A DNA stretch of 38,361 nt from Promethearchaeota archaeon. GTDB lineage: Archaea; Asgardarchaeota; Lokiarchaeia; Sigyniarchaeales; SOKP01. Location of the stretch: contig JBHLOY010000016.1 of assembly GCA_048939995.1 (NCBI GenBank), positions 1 through 38,361 of the forward strand. The letters run 5' to 3'. Numbering within the stretch: position 1 is the stretch's first letter; every line of letters begins with the position of its first letter. Below, piece by piece: positions 10,587 to 20,101 of this stretch. Below the pieces are notes generated by a model. The model was not told the DNA's origin, did not search any database, and saw nothing but the letters and a program-made list of their open reading frames with translations. The position numbers and the translations under genes are program-made.

Positions 10587-10607
10587 GTTTATTAAAAAAA
10601 TAAAGAT

Positions 10608-11573
10608 TTAAAGAATTGGATTATCTTGTTTTTGATTATTTAATGTGAAAATTGTATCATCGAAGTTGAATGTGCCTTCGATTTCACCTTCTCCGATAAG
10701 ATTATAAATTAAACCAATGATTTCTTCACGGGCTAGTTTGATAAATTTCTCGATATAGTCTAAATTTACTCTTTTCTTTGATTTTATAATTCCTAATAGT
10801 CTGTTTTTAATATCAGTTATTGTGATTTTTTGCTCTAAAGGAGTTTCTTGGGGCGTTCCAAATATCTTATCTGTAACCTTATCAGCGGCGTATTCGGTTA
10901 CTTTAGCGATTCCTTTTTCCGTTAACTTTCCGGCAAGTTCTCCAATATTTGTATTACCAGTTAGTTGAGTTAATTGCTTTGTTACCTCATTTCCCGTTGC
11001 TTCAGAGATTTTATCTCCTATAGTTTCTACTGCTATTTTACCCGCTGTTTTTCCAATTATTTTAAGCCCTTTTTTCACTTTTTGAGCTTTTTCACTCTTT
11101 TCTTTTATTTTCTCTTCTAGATCAATATGTTCTGAAATGTGAGCAACTTCTGTCCGAGTAATTCTGTCGCTTAAAAAGCTTTCAATGGTTATCAGAACCA
11201 AAATAGCTATTGTAAAATAGAGCCCCAAATCAATGGAGAAACTAGTGACAGAACCAGCTATAGCCAATACTATCGGAATACTAATTATACAAGAAGCAAA
11301 ATTACCAAATAGAATATAAAATCCAAGCTCTCCAAAGATTTTAAAAATTCTTTTCTTATTGGTTATTTTAAAGAAGTTTAGGATGACCCCGAAAACAGTT
11401 ATGAATTCAAATATAAAAAAGAATAAATCTTTGCTTGTATAAGTGAATCCAAGATAAATAATTTGATACATCGGAAAAATTAAGGTAAGAACGGTAAAAA
11501 TTATTATTAAAGGCTTGGTGACAATAAAAAGAATAAATTTTCTGGTATTTCTAATTTTCATTGTTTTTACCAT
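10608..11573 (-). CDS. Membrane protein (about 4 TM) with a C-terminal PCI-like winged-helix domain
   Basis: Four hydrophobic segments; the C-terminus RVNLDYIEKFIKLAREEIIGLIYNLIGEGEIEGTFNFDDTIF fits the PCI winged-helix pattern. Confidence 0.7.
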   Translation of the reverse strand: MVKTMKIRNTRKFILFIVTKPLIIIFTVLTLIFPMYQIIYLGFTYTSKDLFFFIFEFITVFGVILNFFKITNKKRIFKIFGELGFYILFGNFASCIISIPIVLAIAGSVTSFSIDLGLYFTIAILVLITIESFLSDRITRTEVAHISEHIDLEEKIKEKSEKAQKVKKGLKIIGKTAGKIAVETIGDKISEATGNEVTKQLTQLTGNTNIGELAGKLTEKGIAKVTEYAADKVTDKIFGTPQETPLEQKITITDIKNRLLGIIKSKKRVNLDYIEKFIKLAREEIIGLIYNLIGEGEIEGTFNFDDTIFTLNNQKQDNPIL

Positions 11574-11727
11574 CCATTATGAATAAAAATTAATAAATTA
11601 ATATTTGACAAAAATATAAATCTATCTTATAATAAGGAGCATAAGGCTTTCTTCTATGTATAAGGAAAACTCCATTTTTTATGAAAAAAATAGGTAAATT
11701 ATCAATAAGTTAATTAGTATTTAATTT

Positions 11728-12984
11728 TCAGATGATTAGTTTCATTAAACCAAATGTCCTGGCTAATGTACTCCTATATGTTTCCCAACCTCTGTTTGGG
11801 ATGATTTTTCCCGATTTATTTTTTAAATTTATTAGACCTTCTTCATCCGTATGTTCCATTATAGCGATCATCATCATTTTAAATTGTCTTTCCTCACTCT
11901 TATCAGCTAATATTAATAATAAACGTTCATTCACTGAATCATTATTGAACAAAAAGAGAGCTGCCACACATTGGAGTCGAACGGCATCATAAACGCTGTT
12001 GAGACAATTAAATAAGAATGGGATCGCTTTTTCATTTCCAAGTCGCCCTAATATTCTAATGATGACTAATATAAACCGAGCAGGATCACTCAGCTTTTCC
12101 AATCCTCCAATAAATTGAAGATCTTTTAGGGTTGGAAATGATAAAATTTTGCTTTCAAATTCAAGCTTGCATAATTCGATTAGGAAGTCAACTGTTCTTT
12201 CCTCATTAATAAAGGCTAAGGATTCAATCAATCTAATTCTAAGTTTTGATGATGGAAACGAGACAAATCCAGTAGACATGCTGATCTTAGTTATATCTTT
12301 ATTTATTACAGATGTTATCGAAGGAAATGCTTTTGGACTGCCTGATTTTGCTAGCGCTAGAGCAGCTTGGTATCGTAGCTCAGTCGCCTCGCGCTCGTTT
12401 TGTAAAATCTTGATTAGAAAATCTATAGTAGTTTTTTCTCCAATTTTAGAAATAGCTTGTAACAAAGAACGCTTTATGCGGAATGATGTTTCAGTTTGAT
12501 ATTGTTTTATAAAAGATTCAAGGAGAACTTTATGATCTAATTCTCCTATTGCTTGGATTGCTATGGATCGTACCAGATCGCTCTCATCATTGAGTTTATG
12601 GAGAAAATAAGGCAGAAGTTCCTCCCTTGCCATTTCCTTTAATAGTTGTATTGCTTTTTCCCGGATTTGAGGGAATTCATCATCTATCAAGTCTAATAAG
12701 TATGGAATGAGGGTTTCACCAGGGATGCTAGATGGTTTTAGATTATTAACCGCATTCTCTCTCACAGAACCAGACTTATCTTTAAGAGCCTTCAAGATGG
12801 CTATTTGAGCTCGATTGTCGCTTTTTCTAGATAATTGATTGATTGCCTCTAATTTTTCGTTTTCATTTTCACTTGTTAGGAGAATTTTTTCTAAAATTGA
12901 GATCCTATCTGATTTAAGATCAATATCCTTCATGATGTATTTATAATCTAGATATATTTTTTCATTAATATTTATATCTCCCAA
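11728..12984 (-). CDS. HEAT-repeat (PBS lyase-like) protein
   Basis: Repeated LxDxxxxVRxxAxxxL motifs (KDKSGSVRENAV, NDESDLVRSIAIQAIG, ELRYQAALALAK). Confidence 0.9.
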   Translation of the reverse strand: MGDININEKIYLDYKYIMKDIDLKSDRISILEKILLTSENENEKLEAINQLSRKSDNRAQIAILKALKDKSGSVRENAVNNLKPSSIPGETLIPYLLDLIDDEFPQIREKAIQLLKEMAREELLPYFLHKLNDESDLVRSIAIQAIGELDHKVLLESFIKQYQTETSFRIKRSLLQAISKIGEKTTIDFLIKILQNEREATELRYQAALALAKSGSPKAFPSITSVINKDITKISMSTGFVSFPSSKLRIRLIESLAFINEERTVDFLIELCKLEFESKILSFPTLKDLQFIGGLEKLSDPARFILVIIRILGRLGNEKAIPFLFNCLNSVYDAVRLQCVAALFLFNNDSVNERLLLILADKSEERQFKMMMIAIMEHTDEEGLINLKNKSGKIIPNRGWETYRSTLARTFGLMKLII

Positions 12985-13144
12985 TCATCTAACCGGGTAA
13001 ATTATATATGCAGATAGTATCGATAATACTCTAGTCTCTAATATCTATTCATTAAGCTTAAAGTAACAATATGCTCTGAAATTTTTTTACAAAAATGAAG
13101 TAAATATAAATAATTCAATTATTATTATTAGTTTTGGTATAAGG

Positions 13145-15400
13145 ATGCGATTAAAAGCTAGAACGAAATATGTGATAAGCTTCTCAATTCTATTTTTTTT
13201 CCAGATATTGATCTTTATGAATCCTAGTAAAGCTCAAACTCAAGCTCCAGATTTACAAATAAATACTTCTCTCATTTTAACTGAATATGCTAATAATTTT
13301 GGTGAAAAAAGTAATGATTCTTCCGTAAATATCGATATTCCATCATCTACATGGAATTTATCGTCAGTTGTAATTAATTTTACAAGTATTAAAATGGGTA
13401 GGGAAACAGTTACAATAGAAGATCAAGAATCTGGATTTGAGACGATCCGCCGAAATGATTATGAAATTTGTGGTATGCAATTAAATATTACCGAGCAATG
13501 TACTATTTTTGCTGTGGATATTTTTGGTTATAAATATCAAGGATCAAGCACTCCTGGGCACGTGTATGTAAGGATCGAAGGGTGGAATTCAATATCTCAC
13601 AGACCGGATGGAATTGTATATGGACAGCAAGTTGAATTAAATATTAGTTTAATTCCTAGTTGGTACACACAAACTTTTGATTCTCCGATAGTTCTTTCTC
13701 CAGGATATTACTGCCTAGTAATAGATGGATCAGATGCGGATTTTTGGGATAGATATTACTGGTATATTAATAATCAAAATGAGAATTCTTCGCTTTATAT
13801 GTGTAGATACGATGATCATTGGCACCAATGGGAAAACAGGTTCGGTGATGTTTTTCTACATAGAATTAAGCAGCAAGTTAATAAATCTTACTATCCAGAA
13901 GAAATAAATATGACTGCTCGAATTGGTGATAACTTATATCAAGTTCAAAATGGAGGAGTTATAGGAATTGGAGAATTTTCGGCTTCAAACCTGAATTTTT
14001 GTCCAGAAAGTTATAGTTTGAATATTTTTATTTCAAATAATATTTCAGTCGAGTTATTATTGAATTATAATTTCCGCGTATCAATTCATAATAATTTTAT
14101 TGAGAAAGCTACAGGTTTAATTAGGAAAGATTCAAATATTCAATGGATCTTGCAGCCTTCGATCACCAGATTTTCATATAATTACTCGATGACATTTAAT
14201 TTTCCTAATAATTGGGATAATTTTTCAGTATTACGGAACTCTCTAAACATCACTTCTCAAGTTTCTGTAAACTATTCTAGAAGAGTTTTATATTTACCAA
14301 ACATGACAATTATAAATGGTGCCTCTTGGGAAATTCTTTCGAGTTCACCTAATATTAATTTTCCCTTAAATGTTCCTAAAGATACCTTTGGACCTCAACA
14401 AAATATATTTTTTTCCATTCAAGACCCTGCTATGCCGGGAAACTATACCATTTTCCTTTATAATTCATTAGGATTTTTAATTGACAGTAAAACCTTACGA
14501 ATACCAGGGGATCCTAATTTATATCAATATAGTCTATCTGCTAATCCAGAAGAAGGAATATATATGAGTTATGCATTCTGGAATAACGCGACAGACGCTG
14601 GATTGGTAACTTATGAATTCCATATTGAAGTCCCATTTACAATTTCAATAGAAGTGCTGTATGGTATCCTTATTTTGTTATCTATTATTATCATAACCAC
14701 GATATCATCATTTACGTTGGCTAAAAGAACTAAAAGGATAAAAGCAAAAAGAAGAGAAAAAATTTATAATGAATATATGGATGCTTTAAATATAGATTAC
14801 TTTATCGTTTCAGATAAAAATTCTGGCTTATGTCTTTATGATCAAATAATAGCAGGGGAAGAAATTGATTCCACTCTTGTATCAGGATTTCTTCAAGCAA
14901 TTAGAGGTTTTGGGATAGAACTTACCAAAAGTAGAAACGAATCCCAGACAATTAAATTAGAATACCAAGATTCTAAGATATTAATGTCAGAATTTAAAGA
15001 TGTCAGATTAGTTTTTATTATGAAGGGTAATCCTTCAGAAGATTTTATAAAATCGGTTGATTCATTGTCCCTGGACATTGATGATAGGTTTGGTAAAAGT
15101 ATAGAGAAATTTGATGGAGATTTAAGTAGGTTCCAAAATATTCGTATTATCCTTGAGAAACATTTACAAATAGCTTTAATATATCCGTTAAAAGTTGGAA
15201 AGAAGGAACACATAAGAATAACCCAAAATGAAAGATCCATTATCAATCGGGCTTTAAAAGTAATGGAACAGAGAAATTCGGATCATTTTTATGTTTCAAG
15301 CCTATTTGAAAAGAAAAGTAAATTTCAAGTTAAAGACGCTGAAGATATACTGAAGCTAATCAATAAGAAGATTTTTGTACCAATTGTTATTGCCTCATAA
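13145..15400 (+). CDS. Single-pass membrane protein with a large extracellular domain and a cytoplasmic longin-like domain
   Basis: Signal peptide; NxS/T-rich ectodomain; TM VLYGILILLSIIIITTISSFTLA; then FIVSDKNSGLCLY...DSTLVSGFLQAIRGFGIEL...FDGDLSRF, typical of Asgard longin-like domains. Confidence 0.8.
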   Translation: MRLKARTKYVISFSILFFFQILIFMNPSKAQTQAPDLQINTSLILTEYANNFGEKSNDSSVNIDIPSSTWNLSSVVINFTSIKMGRETVTIEDQESGFETIRRNDYEICGMQLNITEQCTIFAVDIFGYKYQGSSTPGHVYVRIEGWNSISHRPDGIVYGQQVELNISLIPSWYTQTFDSPIVLSPGYYCLVIDGSDADFWDRYYWYINNQNENSSLYMCRYDDHWHQWENRFGDVFLHRIKQQVNKSYYPEEINMTARIGDNLYQVQNGGVIGIGEFSASNLNFCPESYSLNIFISNNISVELLLNYNFRVSIHNNFIEKATGLIRKDSNIQWILQPSITRFSYNYSMTFNFPNNWDNFSVLRNSLNITSQVSVNYSRRVLYLPNMTIINGASWEILSSSPNINFPLNVPKDTFGPQQNIFFSIQDPAMPGNYTIFLYNSLGFLIDSKTLRIPGDPNLYQYSLSANPEEGIYMSYAFWNNATDAGLVTYEFHIEVPFTISIEVLYGILILLSIIIITTISSFTLAKRTKRIKAKRREKIYNEYMDALNIDYFIVSDKNSGLCLYDQIIAGEEIDSTLVSGFLQAIRGFGIELTKSRNESQTIKLEYQDSKILMSEFKDVRLVFIMKGNPSEDFIKSVDSLSLDIDDRFGKSIEKFDGDLSRFQNIRIILEKHLQIALIYPLKVGKKEHIRITQNERSIINRALKVMEQRNSDHFYVSSLFEKKSKFQVKDAEDILKLINKKIFVPIVIAS

Positions 15401-15401
15401 T
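15315..15401 (+). repeat. 87-bp direct repeat, copy 1 (3' end of the longin-domain gene)
   Basis: Matches 18071..18157 with 5 mismatches; weaker similarity continues past the stop codon. Confidence 0.9.
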
Positions 15402-15662
15402 ATTGAGGGACGATTTTTCTAATGAAAAATCCTAAGATGATTCTTCTAGTTATTGACATAAATGTTAAATAATCAGATGTACCACTTCTTTTTCAGTTCT
15501 ATACTTTTTATTCACTCTTTTTATAAGGAAAAAGCTGGAAATTTTAAAAGCTTTAAGTTGAATCCATTTGGGTTTTACACATCAAACAGAAAAGCCCTTG
15601 CTTCCCAATTAGCTAAAATGTCTTATAGTTGTTTTCATTTTTAATCCAAAAATGATTTATTG

Positions 15663-15700
15663 ATTGGAAATAAAAGCAACTGCATCTACATTTACATTAT
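15663..15700 (+). promoter_or_regulatory. 38-bp upstream element shared with 19637..19674
   Basis: attggaaataaaagcaactgcatctacatttacattat; 3 mismatches to the second copy; both copies precede plus-strand genes. The regulatory role is inferred. Confidence 0.55.
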
Positions 15701-15814
15701 GTTTTTTTGCTATATCTAAAAGTCCTGATTATTTTTCATAAAGATCAATTTTAAATAAAATACATTGATAAAAAACATCAAATAAAATATATAGATAAAA
15801 AAGAGGATTAGGAA

Positions 15815-17827
15815 TTGAAAAAGAAGATTTATTTTTCCTTATTAACAATCCAATTGCTATTTGCCGTTGTACTTGCTTCAGGAATTATACGCCCAGTTTC
15901 TGCTGCAAAACCAGTGCCGATGGACTTCCCAACACTAGATCCCCTTACGATACCAAAGTTTGTTAACCAATTGGTTAAACCTCCAGTATACGTGCCTACA
16001 ACTGTTAGTGGAGTTGATGAATACACAATTAGTATGACTAAATTCACACAGCAAATAATCCCCCCAAATACACCGAATCCAGTAAATCCAGGTCAGCCAT
16101 TCCCAATGACAGAGGTTTGGGGTTATGGAGGCATAGTGGATTTAAACCCACTTACTGGACAAACAAATGAATTTTTCAGATTTGCACCTGGTCCTACGTT
16201 TGAAGCTATTAGAGGAACTCCTGTCAGTGTAAACTGGCAGAACTATATAACCTCCTCACACATGTTCGCTGTTGATCCAACACTACATTGGGCAAATCCC
16301 AATATGATCCCTATGGATCCTCCATTACCTTGGCCAACTTTTCCTCCTGGTTTCGAGGGCGCGCAAAGCCCTATCCCATTAATCCCACACTTGCACGGTG
16401 GTGAAGTTCATTCTACTTCTGATGGACATCCCGAGGCCTGGTTTACTTATGATGGAATTCGAGGTGATGCTTTCGACGTAGATACCGTTGGAACAGAAAA
16501 CCCTAATGAAGCGAAATTTTTTTACCCCAACCAACAACCTCCCACAACCCTCTGGTATCACGATCACAGTCTCGGCATAACCCGTATTAATGTGATGTCG
16601 GGTCTAGCAGGTTTCTATCTGCTCAGAGATCCTACTGACACTACACCCCTACCTTTTGGTGATTATGAGTATCCTATAGTGATCCAAGATCGATCATTTA
16701 ATAATGATGGCTCAATGTGGTTCCCAAAAATTGGTCTTGACCCTATGGTTCATCCCTATTGGCAACCAGAGTTCTTTGGTAACACAATCATGGTCAATGG
16801 TAAACTCTGGCCCAATCTCAACGTTGAACAAGCTCAGTATCGTTTCCGTCTTTTGGATGGTTCAAATGCTCGCTTCTATACTCTATGGTTTCAAGTAAAA
16901 CCCGCGAATCCGCTATTGAATCCACCTCCCTTAATGTTTTATCAAATCGGAACAGATGGAGGCTATCTCTCAGCACCCGTTCCACTCACCCGCTTGACGA
17001 TGGCACCTGGCGAGAGAATGGACATACTCATCGATTTTTCAATGCTTTCCCCAGGTGATAGAGTGATCATGAGGAATAGTGCTAATGCTCCGTTCCCGTC
17101 AGGTACTACATCAGATCCAAAGACTGTTGGTACAATAATGCAATTTACTGTCAATGGTCCACTCAGCGACCCGAATCAACCCACTACAATTCCGCTAACA
17201 CTTCCCAGTTCAATACCGACACTAGTTAGTAATGCGCCAAGCAGAACATTGACACTTATCGAGAAAATGGGAATGCTCGGACCAACAGAAATATTCCTTG
17301 ATGGACAAAAATGGGCAGGAAATCAAATCCAAGCAATTTCAGAAGAACCACTTGTTGGATCGACCGAGGATTGGATTATTGTCAACCCAACAGCAGACAC
17401 TCATCCCATACACCTACATCTTGTACAATTCCAGGCCATCAGCCGCCAGAGATTCGATGTCAATAAGTACCTTATTGATTGGTATGGGGTGAATGGTGTA
17501 GTAGATCCAATGACGGACTTGCCTTTTACTAGCCCGACGATAAATGTAGGAGCGCCTGCAACAGGTCTCGCTGCTTTGATTCCCTACCTAAAGGGAAAAC
17601 CTATGCTTCCCGCTCTGAACGAAATGGGCTGGAAAGACACTATTCAAGTAAATCCTGGTGAAATTACTATCATACGGGTTAGGTTTGCACCTTTGGATGT
17701 CGATACATATATTCCATTTATTAACCAATATCCCTTCGATCCCACTACTGGTCCTGGATACGTATGGCACTGCCACATTCTCGATCACGAAGACAACGAA
17801 ATGATGCGACCTTTTATAGTAAAGTAA
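15815..17827 (+). CDS. Secreted multicopper oxidase (CotA/bilirubin oxidase type)
   Basis: Copper motifs HLHG, WYHDH, HPIHLH and WHCHILDHEDNEMM; N-terminal signal peptide; GC content visibly above the flanks. Confidence 0.95.
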   Translation: MKKKIYFSLLTIQLLFAVVLASGIIRPVSAAKPVPMDFPTLDPLTIPKFVNQLVKPPVYVPTTVSGVDEYTISMTKFTQQIIPPNTPNPVNPGQPFPMTEVWGYGGIVDLNPLTGQTNEFFRFAPGPTFEAIRGTPVSVNWQNYITSSHMFAVDPTLHWANPNMIPMDPPLPWPTFPPGFEGAQSPIPLIPHLHGGEVHSTSDGHPEAWFTYDGIRGDAFDVDTVGTENPNEAKFFYPNQQPPTTLWYHDHSLGITRINVMSGLAGFYLLRDPTDTTPLPFGDYEYPIVIQDRSFNNDGSMWFPKIGLDPMVHPYWQPEFFGNTIMVNGKLWPNLNVEQAQYRFRLLDGSNARFYTLWFQVKPANPLLNPPPLMFYQIGTDGGYLSAPVPLTRLTMAPGERMDILIDFSMLSPGDRVIMRNSANAPFPSGTTSDPKTVGTIMQFTVNGPLSDPNQPTTIPLTLPSSIPTLVSNAPSRTLTLIEKMGMLGPTEIFLDGQKWAGNQIQAISEEPLVGSTEDWIIVNPTADTHPIHLHLVQFQAISRQRFDVNKYLIDWYGVNGVVDPMTDLPFTSPTINVGAPATGLAALIPYLKGKPMLPALNEMGWKDTIQVNPGEITIIRVRFAPLDVDTYIPFINQYPFDPTTGPGYVWHCHILDHEDNEMMRPFIVK

Positions 17828-18070
17828 AAATTCGCGGATTAACAATTTTTATTGTTGACAAAACCAATTAGTAAATCTAAATTTTTTTTCATTTTTTTTT
17901 AATAGAAACAGTATTCATTAAGCATAATATAACACAAACTAAACTTTTTTTTATTCCATCAATTGGAATTAACATTTTAACCATTATTTAGCATGGAAAA
18001 TCTTAATCCATTATTTTTTTAATTTAAAATTGCCACCGATATTAGAGTAAGGAATGAATCGCAGCTTATT

Positions 18071-18157
18071 AAAGTAAATCTCAAGTTAAAGATGCTGAAG
18101 ATATACTGAAGCTAATCAGGAAGAAGATTTTTGTACCAATTGTTATTACCTCATAAT
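18071..18157 (+). repeat. 87-bp direct repeat, copy 2 (orphan copy of the longin gene 3' end)
   Basis: Encodes QVKDAEDILKLIRKKIFVPIVITS* versus QVKDAEDILKLINKKIFVPIVIAS*. Confidence 0.9.
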
Positions 18158-18705
18158 TTGAGGTTTCTAATGAAAGAACTTCCATAGGATGACTTTTTTG
18201 TAATTCTTTATATAATTGAAATACATAGTTAGTTACTTGGAGCACAATTTTAGACAAATCAATCAAATAGGAAAAAGGTGTAATCCCCATAAATTACTCT
18301 TATTTTCATTTTTGAAGGATTAGATCTCAAACTCTTATTATACTTTTTACAAACTACTTTTATAAGTAGAAGACTGCTTTGGCTAACAAATTCTACTATA
18401 ATTATAATTTATAGCTTTTTAATAATGCGAAATTGATTCATGTTGATTTTTGAATATGCGACAAAAAGTATTTTATTCCCTTTTTAGTTAATATCTCTCA
18501 TAATCTCATTTATTTTTAGTCATGGGAAAAAAGGGAATTAGAATTGATAGATTTAAATACCTTTATTATTATAATATTTAGGGGTACGTATTAGGTAGTA
18601 GTTTATCAAGAAAACTCTTCAGTTTTAGTTGTTAATATCTTTTCAGGTCAATTTTAGCGTCAACTAGCTTAAACACTTTATAAATTCAAATAAAGAGGTA
18701 TTTAA

Positions 18706-19221
18706 ATGAGTTTTAATAGAATCTTGTATGGAAAAAAGATGATTGAGGATTTTTTAAGCGAAACTAAACCAGTAAGTTCAACTCTACATAGAAAAACTAT
18801 TAGACATAAGAAAAAGCAATTCATAAAGTGGATATTAAATCGGTGTCCTGCTCAAAATGAGGTTAACATATTAGCTAAATTCTTTTTAGAAAGAGGTTTT
18901 ATACCTATAAATAATGATTCTCGTCGGTTTCAGTTTAGAAAGTTTTTTGATAATGGGACCTCAGTACATGTTTCTATTTGGAAAAAGCATTATGGATTCA
19001 ATATAGACGCTCATATTGATTTAAGTCCTCATGGGAATGTAATCTTCACTTTAGTCACCCTCAGACTACTCTCTGCCTTGTATATCTATTTACAATCGAA
19101 GTATGGTTCCGTTTTTCTTCTTCCTCGGCAAAAGAAAGAATATCAAGGATATGTGTCAAACTTTTTGCCCCTAGAAAGAGTTATTCGAAAGAAAAATAGG
19201 CCCAAACGAAAGCTAAGATAA
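18706..19221 (+). CDS. Basic hypothetical protein (171 aa)
   Basis: ATG preceded by GAGGT; no recognised family. Confidence 0.65.
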   Translation: MSFNRILYGKKMIEDFLSETKPVSSTLHRKTIRHKKKQFIKWILNRCPAQNEVNILAKFFLERGFIPINNDSRRFQFRKFFDNGTSVHVSIWKKHYGFNIDAHIDLSPHGNVIFTLVTLRLLSALYIYLQSKYGSVFLLPRQKKEYQGYVSNFLPLERVIRKKNRPKRKLR

Positions 19222-19365
19222 TATCTCGATTTCCTTAGAAAATTACTCGAAAAGTACTTATGAAAATATCAATAGAATCTTATTTTATCTTATTAAGCGT
19301 ATGTCTTCTGTTGAAAATATGTAATTTTTATAAAACTAAGATTAAAATCTTTTAATTTAGTTGAT

Positions 19366-19563
19366 ATGAATGGTAGATTTATTAAATTACTAGAAATAAT
19401 TATTATGATAAGAGCTAAATACCAAACAGGCAATAAAAGAGATCAATCCTTATATTATTATCATCATAATTTAAGAGATTGTATAGACAGAAATCGTTTC
19501 ATTAAGGAAACTCGAAAAAAGCTAAAAAGAAGAAAATTAACGGATGTTTTGGGCTGTGATTAA
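19366..19563 (+). CDS. Small basic hypothetical protein
   Basis: Short ORF only; start uncertain. Confidence 0.35.
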   Translation: MNGRFIKLLEIIIMIRAKYQTGNKRDQSLYYYHHNLRDCIDRNRFIKETRKKLKRRKLTDVLGCD

Positions 19564-19636
19564 AACCATTTATTTCTACCATAAAACATTAAACTTGCTT
19601 TTATAATTATTATGGTTTCTTATTTCTCTTTCATTT

Positions 19637-19674
19637 ATTGGAAATAAAAGCAACTGCATATACATCTACTTTAT
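19637..19674 (+). promoter_or_regulatory. 38-bp upstream element, copy 2
   Basis: attggaaataaaagcaactgcatatacatctactttat; 3 mismatches to 15663..15700. Confidence 0.55.
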
Positions 19675-19711
19675 AAAAACATTTATAAATAAAATCCTTG
19701 ATAATTTTATC

Positions 19712-19927
19712 ATGAAACTAAGCGATTTTATTATAATTTTAGGTATTCTTATTTTAGCCCAATCGTTGTTATGGCTTGTTGAAGACATAGCATATATTTT
19801 AGGATGGATATTGGGAGAGTATTCAGGACTCTGGACTATAACCGATACATTCCGTCTTAGTTTTGAATTTGCTTTACCTATCATAATACTAATTATTGGT
19901 TTTATCGTGAGAAAGAAAGATAGATAA
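19712..19927 (+). CDS. Small membrane protein (about 2 TM)
   Basis: Two hydrophobic helices, basic C-terminus, TTTATAAA box upstream and a T-tract downstream. Confidence 0.65.
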   Translation: MKLSDFIIILGILILAQSLLWLVEDIAYILGWILGEYSGLWTITDTFRLSFEFALPIIILIIGFIVRKKDR

Positions 19928-20101
19928 AACTAAATTTTTTTTTGATTTTTTTTTGATATGAAATTTTAACTTATTGCTCTTTGCAAATAAGAGAAGTTAT
20001 AAATAAGTAGTAGCTTAATGTATATATACCAAAAAGTATCCAGATTAGAGACTTTCTAATTTTTAATTGTTTAGAGTGAGTAATTAGTAGGAGGACACCA
20101 A

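Noticed and set aside
15462-15644. 60-aa plus-strand ORF
   Set aside because: Low-complexity intergenic DNA with no ribosome-binding site or motif.
15315-18157. Diversity-generating retroelement TR/VR pair at a gene 3' end
   Set aside because: Mismatches are not confined to adenines of one copy, and there is no reverse transcriptase in the window.
18081-18290. 69-aa minus-strand ORF
   Set aside because: Partly the antisense reading of the duplicated longin-gene 3' end; no coding signal.
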